64,000 nt of DNA. Source: Eledone cirrhosa (lineage: Eukaryota). The notes beneath the pieces are model-generated. The model was given only the letters and a program-made list of their open reading frames with translations. It was not told the origin of the DNA and searched no databases. Every line of letters starts with the position of its first letter. The stretch's first letter is position 1. Positions 25,699 through 64,000 of the stretch are shown here, piece after piece. The translations under genes were made by a program, and so were the position numbers. The stretch covers positions 127,534,001 through 127,598,000 of the forward strand of contig OZ024741.1 in the NCBI GenBank assembly GCA_964016885.1, written 5' to 3'.

Positions 25699-26068
25699 CA
25701 TACATATATATACATACATAGTAATAATAATAATATTTATACTTATATATGATTATAAATATGGATGGTAGAACTAAGTATTAGCCAGTTACCGGTAGGA
25801 GAAAAGGCTCATAAATTTTCAAATGTATTACAGAGCCGAGATACAAAATATAAAACAATAAAATCTTAGTTTAATTTAATTATCCGTGTAATGCGACTCC
25901 TGTAACGTTTTTAATAATTATTTGATATTACTTACCGTTTTCTTATCTTTCGCTTTTACTATTTCTTCTTTTCTCCTGCGTTTGTTGACATTTCAACTAT
26001 TGGCTGGAGAAATATGGCGCCAAACTTTTCCTTTTGAAAGAATAATGTGATTGTGTTCACGTGATATA

Positions 26069-26231
26069 TAGCTGTCAGTCGTGAAAGCAGCCGATGAAAG
26101 CAGGCGAAGGTGACGTCATTCGCCATCGTTTATTTCCGTATTACTACCACCAAGTAACTCCACTTACGCGTGGTAGTAATACGGAAATAAACGATGTTTT
26201 GCTTTTATCGGCTGCTTTCGACTGACAGCTA
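26069..26231. repeat. Long imperfect hairpin with a perfect 27-bp inner stem
   Basis: 26124..26150 is the exact reverse complement of 26170..26196; outer arms tagctgtcagtcg / cgactgacagcta. Confidence 0.9.
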
Positions 26232-26261
26232 ATAGCGTTGTAGTGCCTTGTTTTCTAATTT

Positions 26262-26280
26262 GGCCCTTTTAAGGGCCACC
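26262..26280 (+). other. Histone mRNA 3' stem-loop-like motif GGCCCT-TTTA-AGGGCC-ACC (copy 1)
   Basis: Fits the 6-bp stem/4-nt loop consensus followed by ACC; no histone ORF upstream. Confidence 0.55.
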
Positions 26281-26497
26281 TATATTTTCATTTAAGTAAC
26301 TCCACTTACATCGATATGCTTTAATAAAAAACAAAACAAAAAAAAAACGCGTGATATTTTCATTTAAGTAACTCCACTTACATCTATATGCTTTAATAAC
26401 CCCCCCCCCCCCAAAAAAAAACCCCGCGGAGATCCATTAATTCTGTATAAACCTATCAGAGGTTCATCGATATACCAACCATTGGTAAATATTCCAA

Positions 26498-26560
<63 letters not shown>

Positions 26561-26830
26561 CGTACACAACATTCTCCTCAGGAAGGGCGAGAGTGGCGAT
26601 CGCACACATACACACCACAAATATATATATACGCCGAAACACACACATACAATAACGATTCTGGAGGAGATGAAGCTCTCTGCCGCAGAATAAATGGTAT
26701 TTAATTTTAATAATAATACTAATAATATATATATATATATATATATTTCTTAATTGAATTGATTATCATTATCGTTTTTATGGCAAAAGATAGACAGAGA
26801 GGGAAAGTGATAGACAGAGGGAAATATTTT

Positions 26831-26878
<48 letters not shown>

Positions 26879-27241
26879 AGAAAGAAGAGAAAAAAACGAG
26901 ACCCTTAGAAACGAATAAGAGTCATCAAAGCGATCATATGTATTGCTTTAAACTGTAATGCGAAGGGATACACTAGTATTTGAGGTAACATCATTTGGGA
27001 TTTTAACCCTCGGACTTTTCCCTCCCGGTTTTGAAATTTAGGGGTGACTGGGAATATTTCATAATGTTGGGATTTTCTTTTCCTTTTCTATCATTTCTTA
27101 TTTATGTATTTATATATTTATTTATCTACTCTCGTGATTGATATTCCGACAAATGTTAAGGGTGTATTTTGGTTTTTTATTATGTCAGGTATAGCATCCA
27201 CAAATTTCTCCCTTCCCCCAATATATATATATATACAAACA

Positions 27242-27317
27242 CAGTGTCCCAAAAAATGTATACACACTTCAACAGCAAAGTAATCAAAGTGTGTATATAT
27301 TTTGGAGGGGACACCGC

Positions 27318-27318
<1 letters not shown>
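27242..27318. mobile_element. ~75-bp Tc1/mariner-like mini-MITE
   Basis: Imperfect TIRs cagtgtcccaaaaaatgtatacacactt / aagtgtgtatatattttggaggggacaccg. Confidence 0.5.
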
Positions 27319-27363
<45 letters not shown>

Positions 27364-27410
27364 ATGTGTAACTAGTAAAATTGTAAAAACGCAGCGGTAT
27401 ATTCTAATTT

Positions 27411-27429
27411 GGCCCTTTTAAGGGCCACC
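27411..27429 (+). other. Histone mRNA 3' stem-loop-like motif (copy 2)
   Basis: Identical to copy 1, inside a duplicated ~100-bp block. Confidence 0.55.
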
Positions 27430-27949
27430 TATATTTTCATTTAAGTAACTCCACTTACATCTATATGCTTTAAAAAAAAAACAAAAAAAAACGCGTGAAA
27501 AAAAAAAATTTCATTTTAGTAACTCCACTTACGCGTGGTAGTAATACGGAAATAAACGATGTTTTGCTTTCATCGGCTGTTTCGACTGACAGCTAATAGC
27601 GTTGTAGTGCCTTTTTATTTACCCCCTAATCCTAACTTTAAGCCCTCTTCCGGGAAAAAAGGTCCTTTGCAGCATGTTCGCAGGTAAGACCGGTTGGTAG
27701 CACACGAAAAACAGAGTAAAAATAATAATTTCCCACTGAAATCGAAGGGGTATTCTACAATAAAACCATAGCGTACAAAAAAAAATTCTTCCGTGACAAC
27801 CAAACTAACAAAATCATTTCTGGAATGAATAAATGTTTATTCTAAATACATGTTTTTCACTCATAAAGTTGGCTTAAAAACCATGAATAATTACATAAAA
27901 ATGAAACAAAAACAATATTAACTAATGATAAAAAAGGGAAGGGGTAAAG

Positions 27950-28192
27950 AAAGACAGACCCGGCTAGGAGGAAAAGGTGGGAAAAAGCAAGAACTCTTAA
28001 GCCACAGAAGAAAGGAAGAGAGGTCAGGGTGGGGCAGTCTTTGAGCTGCGCCCCGCGGTAGACCTGATCTGATATTATGTAGTGAAAGTGCAACACGTTA
28101 AGCAAAAATATCTCCGCCTTTTTCAAGTTTACTCAATAAAATCTGATCCGAAGATTTACACAATAGCAACAGAATTATCTCCCTTGGATGAG
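27950..28192 (+). promoter_or_regulatory. Likely DDX23 promoter and 5' UTR exon ending at donor AG|GTAACT (28193)
   Basis: Locally GC/CpG-rich (ggggtggggc, gcgccccgcgg). The donor pairs with the acceptor at 28519 upstream of the ATG. The TSS cannot be determined. Confidence 0.45.
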
Positions 28193-28542
28193 GTAACTCT
28201 TTTCAGTTATTTTCACGTTCTCTTCCCCGCTTCTCTAACGTGACCAATATTTATTAGCAAGATGGCAGCTAATTCCACCCTGGAATGTTTTTGAATGTGT
28301 TTCTACAGCAAAATAGACATAATTTAGTTGGCAGTCCAGTTTAACAGGACATCTTAGTTGCACTTTACGCATAGTATTCCATCTGTAATCTATTTTTGTC
28401 GACTGTAATATTCATTCACCTATCATCTCTCTATATTTTATTAGACAGAATACACGGCGATTCTGTACCTACATGTACACAGTTTTTGTGTTACTTTTGT
28501 CAGTTTTCTTGCTCTACAGTTCTCTTATTTTACATCTGTATA

Positions 28543-57188
<28,646 letters not shown>

Positions 57189-57534
57189 ACATTATGTGAC
57201 TGTGTGTGTGTATTTTGCGTTTCATTGCATTAATATCCATGTAGAGATGTATATGTAAGCAAGTGCGTGCGTGTATGTAGCTGTGTGTTTATTTTGTGTC
57301 TCATTGCATAAATATCCACACACATATGCCTACACACACGCCCACATATGCACTCAATCACACATACAAACATGTACACACAACATCTATGTATCAGTGA
57401 CTGTGTGTGTATCTGACTGCTTGTGTGTGTGACTATATGTGAGATTATGTGTGACTGTGTGTGTGTGTGTGTGAGTGACTATATTCATAAACCAAAAAAT
57501 CCGTTCATCTGTCTTCTTCCATTATTTCTAACAC

Positions 57535-57540
57535 AATAAA
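57535..57540 (+). terminator. Probable DDX23 polyadenylation signal AATAAA
   Basis: First AATAAA ~350 nt after the stop, followed by a TG/T-rich stretch (tgtgtttgtcattt). Confidence 0.6.
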
Positions 57541-57604
57541 CATCAATTTCCTATCAAATACAACAGATGTATTACTGTGTTTGTCATTTCTTCTCCGCAT
57601 CCTC

Positions 57605-60600
57605 TGGTAGTGCTGGTTCTACTACAAAATACACCCAGCCTACTCTATAATGTGGTAGTGCCGGTTCTACTACAAAATACACCCAGCCCACTCTATAATG
57701 TGGTCGTGCTGGTTCTACTACAAAATACACCCAGCCCACTCTGTAATATGGTAATGCTGGTTCTACCACAAAATACACTCAGCCCACTCTATAATGTGGT
57801 AGTGCTTGTTCTACTACAAAATACACTCAGCCCACTCTATAATGTGGTAGTGCTGGTTCTACTACAAAATACACCTAGCACACTATAATGTGGTAGTGCC
57901 GGTTTAACTACAAAATACACTCAGCCCACTCTATAATGTGGTAGTGCCGGTTCTACTACAAAATACACTCAGCCCACTCTATAATGTGGTAGTGCTGATT
58001 CTACCACAAAATACACCCAGCCCACTCTATAATGTGGTAGTGCTGGTTCTACTACAAAATACACCTAGCTCACTATAATGTGGTAGTGCCGATTCTACTA
58101 CAAAATACACTCAGCCCACTCTAAAATGTGGTAGTGCTGGTTCTACCACAAAATACACCCAACCCACTCTATAATGTGGTAGTGCTGGTTCTACCACAAA
58201 ATACACCCAACCCACTCTATAATGTGGTAATGCTGGTTCTACTACAAAATACACTCAGCCCACTCTATAATGTGGTAGTGCTGGTTCTACCACAAAATAC
58301 ATTCAGCCCACTCTATAATGTGCTGGTTCTACCACAAAATACACTCAGCCCACTCTATAATGTGGTAGTGCTGGTTCTACAACAAAATACACCCAACCCA
58401 CTCTATAATGTGGTCGTGCTGGTTCTACTACAAAATACACCCAGCCCACTCTGTAATATGGTAATGCTGGTTCTACCACAAAATACACTCAGCCCACTCT
58501 ATAATGTGGTAGTGCTTGTTCTACTACAAAATACACTCAGCCCACTCTATAATGTGGTAGTGCTGGTTCTACTACAAAATACACCTAGCACACTATAATG
58601 TGGTAGTGCCGGTTCTACTACAAAATACACTCAGCCCACTCTATAATGTGGTAGTGCCGGTTCTACTACAAAATACACTCAGCCGACTCTATAATGTGGT
58701 AGTGCTGATTCTACCACAAAATACACCCAGCCCACTCTATAATGTGGTAGTGCTGGTTCTACTACAAAATACACCTAGCTCACTATAATGTGGTAGTGCC
58801 GATTCTACTACAAAATACACTCAGCCCACTCTAAAATGTGGTAGTGCTGGTTCTACCACAAAATACACCCAACCCACTCTATAATGTGGTAGTGCTGGTT
58901 CTACCACAAAATACACCCAACCCACTCTATAATGTGGTAATGCTGGTTCTACTACAAAATACACTCAGCCCACTCTATAATGTGGTAGTGCTGGTTCTAC
59001 CACAAAATACATTCAGCCCACTCTATAATGTGCTGGTTCTACCACAAAATACACTCAGCCCACTCTATAATGTGGTAGTGCTGGTTCTACAACAAAATAC
59101 ACCCAACCCACTCTATAATGTGGTAGTGCTGGTTCTACCACAAAATACACTCAGCCCACTCTATAATGTGGTAGTGCTGGTTCTACAACAAAATACACCC
59201 AACCCACTCTATAATGTGGTAGTGCTGGTTCTACCACAAAATACACCCAACCCTCTCTATAATGTGGTAGTGCTGGTTCTACTACAAAATACACCCAGCC
59301 CACTCTATAATGTGGTAGTGCTGGTTCTACTACAAAATACACCTAGCCCACTCTATAATGTGGTAGTGCCGGTTCTATTACAAAATACACTCAGCCCATT
59401 CTATAATGTGGTAGTGCTGGTTCTACTACAAAATACACCCAGCCCACTCTATAATGTGGTAGTGCTGGTTCTACTACAAAATACACCTAGCCCACTCTAT
59501 AATGTGGTAGAGCTGGTTCTACTACAAAATACACCCAGCCCACTCTATAATGTGGTAGAGCTGGTTCTACTACAAAATACACCCAGCCCACTCTATAATG
59601 TGGTAGTGCTGGTTCTACTACAAAATACACCCAGCCCACTCTGTAATGTGGTAATGCTGGTTCTACCACAAAATACACTCAGCCCACTCTATAATGTGGT
59701 AGAGCTGGTTCTACTACAAAATACACCTAGCCCACTCTATAATGTGGTAGTGCTGGTTCTACTACAAAATACACTCAGCCCACTCTATAATGCTGGTTCT
59801 ACTACAAAATACACCCAGCCCACTCTATAATGTGGTAGAGCTCGTTCTACTACAAAATACACCCAGCCCACTCTATAATGTGGTAGTGCTGGTTCTACTA
59901 CAAAATACACCCAGCCCACTCTGTAATGTGGTAATGCTGGTTCTACCACAAAATACACTCAGCCCACTCTATAATGTGGTAGAGCTGGTTCTACTACAAA
60001 ATACACCCAGCCCACTCTATAATGTGGTAATGCTGGTTCTACTACAAAATACACCTAGCCCACTGTATAATGTGGTAGTGCTGGTTCTACCACAAAATAC
60101 ACCCAGCCCACTCTATAATGTGGTAATGCTGGTTCACTACAAAATACACTCAGCCCACTCTATAATGTGGTAGTGCTGGTTCTACCACAAAATACACCTA
60201 GGCCACTCTATAATGTGGTAATGCTGGTTCTACTACAAAATAGACCCAGCCCACTCTGTAATGTGGTAATGCTGGTTCTACTACAAAATACACTCAGCCC
60301 ACTCTGTAATGTAGTAATGCTGGTTCTACTACAAAATACACCCAGCCCACTCTATAATGTGGTAATGGTGGTTCTACCATAAAATACAGCCAGCCCACTC
60401 TATAATGTGGTAATGCTGGTTCTACCACAAAATACACCCAGCCAACTCGATGATGTGGTAATGCTGGTTCTACCACAAAATACACCCAGCCCACTCTATA
60501 ATGTGGTAGTGTTGGTTCTACGACAAAATACACTCAGCCCACTCTATAATGTGGTAGTTTTGGTTCTGCTACAAAATACACTCAGCCCACTCTATAATGT

Positions 60601-63600
60601 GGTAATGCTGGTTCTACTACAAAATACACCCAGCCCACTCTGTAATGTGGTAATGCTGGTTCAACTACAAAATACACCCAGCCCACTCTGTAATGTAGTA
60701 ATGCTGGTTCTACTACAAAATACACTCAGCCCACTCTATGATGTGGTAATGCTGGTTCTCCTACAAAATACACCCAGCCCACTCTATAATGTGGTAATGC
60801 TGGTTCTACTACAAGATACACCCAGCAAACTCTATAATGTGGTAATGCTGGTTCTACTACAAAATACACCCAGCCCATTCTATAATGAGGTAGTGTTGGT
60901 TCTACTACAAAATACACTCAGCCCACTCTATAATGAGGTAGTGTTGGTTCTACTACAAAATACACCCAGCCCACTATAATGCGGTAATGCTGGTTCTACT
61001 ACAAAATACACTCAGCCCACTCTATAATGTGGCAGTGCTGGTTCTACTACAAAATACACTCAGCCCATTCTATAATGAGGTAATGCTGGTTCTACTACAA
61101 AATACACCCAGCCCATTCTATAATGAGGTAGTGTTGGTTCTACTACAAAATACACCCAGCCCACTCTATAATGTGGTAATGCTGGTTCTACTACAAAATA
61201 CACTCAGCCCACTCTATAATGTGGCAGTGCTGGTTCTACTACAAAATACACTCAGCCCACTCTATAATGTGGTAATGCTGGTTCTACTACAAAATACACC
61301 TAGCCCACTCTATAATGTGGTCGTGCTGGTTCTACTACAAAATACACCCAGCCCACTCTATAATGTAGTAATGCTGGTTCTACTACAAAATACACCTAGC
61401 CCACTCTACAATGTGGTCGTGCTGGTTCTACTACAAAATACACCCAGCCCACTCTATAATGTGGTAATGCTGGTTCTACTACAAAATACACCTAGCCCAC
61501 TCTATAATGTGGTCGAGCTGGTTCTACTACAAAATACACCCAGCCCACTCTATAATGTGGTAATACTGGTTCTACTACAAAATACACCTAGCCCACTCTA
61601 TAATGTGGTCGTGCTGGTTCTACTACAAAATACACCCAGCCCACTCTATAATGTGGCCGTGCTGGTTCTACTACAAAATACACCTAGCCCACTCTATAAT
61701 GTGGTAGTGCTGGTTCTACTACAAAATACATTCAGCCCACTCTATAATGTGGTAATGCTGGTTCTACTACAAAATACACTCAGCCCACTCTATAATGTGG
61801 TAATGCTCGTTCTACTACAAAATACACTCAGCCCACTCTATAATGTGGTAGTGCTGGTTCTACTACAAAATACACTCAGCCCACTCTATAATGTGGTAAT
61901 GCTTGTTCTGCCACAAAATACACCCAGACCACTACAATGTGGTAATGCTGGTTCTACCACAAAATACACTCAGCCCACTCTATAATGTGGTAGTGCTGGT
62001 TCTACCACAAAATACACTCAGCCCACTCTATAATGTGGTAGTGCTGGTTCTACCACAAAATACACCCAACCCACTCTATAATGTGGTAGTGCTGGTTCTA
62101 CTACAAAATACACCCAACTCACTCTATAATGTGGTAGTGCTGGTTCTACTACAAAATACACTCAGCCCACTCTATAATGTGGTAGTGCTGGTTCTACTAC
62201 AAAATACACCTAGCACACTCTATAATGTGGTAGTGCCGGTTCTACTACAAAATACACTCAGCCCACTCTATAACGTGGTAGTGCTGATTCTACCACAAAA
62301 TACACCTAGCCCATTCTATAATGTGGTAGTGCCGGTTCTACTGCAAAATACACCCAGCCCACTCTATAATGTGGTAGTGCTAGTTCTACTACAAAATACA
62401 CCTAGCCCACTCTATAATGTGGTAGTGCCGATTCTACTACAAAATACACTCAGCCCACTCTATAATGTGGTAGTGCTGGTTCTACCACAAAATACACCCA
62501 ACCCACTCTATAATGTGGTAGTGCTGGTTCTACCACAAAATACACCCAGCCCACTCTAGAATGTGGTAGTGCTGGTTCTACCACAAAATACACCCAGCCC
62601 ACTCTATAATGTAGTGCTGGTTCTACCACAAAATACACTCAGCCCACTCTATAATGTGGTAGAGCTGGTTCTACTACAAAATACACCTAGCCCACTCTAT
62701 AATGTGGTAGTGCTGGTTCTACTACAAAATACACTCAGCCCACTCTATAATGTGGTAGTGCTGGTTCTACTACAAAATACACCCAGCCCACTCTATAATG
62801 TGGTAATGCTGCTTCTACTACAAAATACACCTAGCCCACTGTATAATGTGGTAGTGCTGGTTCTACCACAAAATACACCTAGCCCACTCTATAATGTGGT
62901 AATGCTGGTTGTACTACAAAATAGACCCAGCCCACTCTGTAATGTGGTAATGCTGGTTCAACTACAAAATACACCCAGCCCACTCTGTAATGTAGTAATG
63001 CTGGTTCTACTACAAAATACACCCAGCCCACTCTATAATGTGGTAATGGTGGTTCTACCATAAAATACACCCAGCCCACTCTATAAAGTGGTAATGCTGG
63101 TTCTACCACAAAATACACCCAGCCAACTCGATGATGTGGTAATGCTGGTTCTACCACAAAATACACCCAGCCCACTCTATAATGTGGTAGTGCTGGTTCT
63201 ACTACAAAAAACACCCAGCCCACTCTATAATTTGGTAATGCTGGTTCTACTACAAAATACAATCAGCCCACTCTATAATGTGGTAGTGTTGGTTCTACGA
63301 CAACATACACTCAGCCCACTCTATAATGTGGTAGTTTTGGTTCTGCTACAAAATACACTCAGCCCACTCTATAATGTGGTAATGCTGGTTCTACTACAAA
63401 ATACACCCAGCCCACTCTGTAATGTGGTAATGCTGGTTCAACTACAAAATACACCCAGCCCACTCTGTAACGTAGTAATGCTGGTTCTACTACAAAATAC
63501 ACTCAGCCCACTCTATGATGTGGTAATGCTGGTTCTCCTACAAAATACACCCAGCCCACTCTATAATGCGGTAATGCTGGTTCTACTACAAAATACACCC

Positions 63601-64000
63601 AGCCCATTCTATAATGAGGTAGTGTTGGTTCTACTACAAAATACACTCAGCCCACTCTATAATGAGGTAGTGTTGGTTCTGCTACAAAATACACCCAGCC
63701 CACTCTATAATGTGGTAATGCTGGTTCTACTATAAAATACACTCAGCCCACTCTATAATGTGGCAGTGCTGGTTCTACTACAAAATACACTCAGCCCACT
63801 CTATAATGTGGTAATGCTGGTTCTACTACAAAATACACCTAGCCCACTCTATAATGTGGTCGTGCTGGTTCTACTACAAAATACACCCAGCCCACTCTAT
63901 AATGTGGTCGTGCTGGTTCTACTACAAAATACACCTAGCCCACTCTATAATGTGGTAGTGCTGGTTCTACTACAAAATACATTCAGCCCACTCAATAATG
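57605..64000. repeat. Homogeneous 48-bp minisatellite TGTGGTAGTGCTGGTTCTACTACAAAATACACCCAGCCCACTCTATAA, ~130 copies, runs off the window end
   Basis: Period 48; the 16-aa VVVLVLLQNTPSPLYN repeats in the ORF track reflect it. Confidence 0.99.

Noticed and set aside
26177-26198. miR-8/miR-200 family miRNA (taatacgg...)
   Set aside because: Only superficial similarity; the seed differs from TAATACTG, and a perfect stem is atypical of conserved miRNAs.
26000-27430. Histone gene upstream of the stem-loops
   Set aside because: No histone-like ORF in any frame in the ORF track or by eye.
28396-28542. N-terminal extension of DDX23 suggested by the ORF track
   Set aside because: It starts at a non-ATG codon and runs through a pyrimidine tract and acceptor; it is intron/UTR.
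57577-63735. Long VVVLVLLQNTPSPLYN ORFs as a repeat protein
   Set aside because: A 48-bp unit without a stop in one frame gives ORFs automatically; frequent 1-2 bp indels break frame.
57605-64000. CRISPR-like array of hairpin repeats
   Set aside because: Units are head-to-tail with no unique spacers, there are no cas genes, and the context is eukaryotic.

Overview
Eukaryotic, AT-rich, repeat-dense animal DNA. The SINE/RTE/microsatellite landscape suggests an octopus-like mollusc; this is an inference, not a database result. One host gene is resolved: a + strand spliceosomal DEAD-box helicase DDX23/Prp28. It has 14 well-supported coding exons (28543..57188, about 796 aa) plus a candidate frame-preserving 18- or 72-nt cassette exon. 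The rest is mobile and repetitive DNA: four large RTE-clade LINE copies with a PHD-like finger, two Penelope-like elements (one Naiad-type; one with clean minimal hammerhead ribozymes), a DD37D Tc1/mariner deletion derivative, a hAT MITE, CR1 fragments, many SINEs, a ~0.82-0.91 kb macrosatellite, and a >6 kb 48-bp hairpin minisatellite just behind the DDX23 poly(A) signal. The most intriguing observations are three. (1) Two RTE copies ~8-10% diverged share a 234-bp identical block holding an amber codon at an expected Trp and a +1 G frameshift that splits EN from RT. (2) Two orphan histone-type 3' stem-loops sit beside a long hairpin upstream of DDX23. (3) The 48-bp satellite appears to have been born from a retroelement 3' UTR subrepeat. 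No prokaryotic-type system or CRISPR array is supported.
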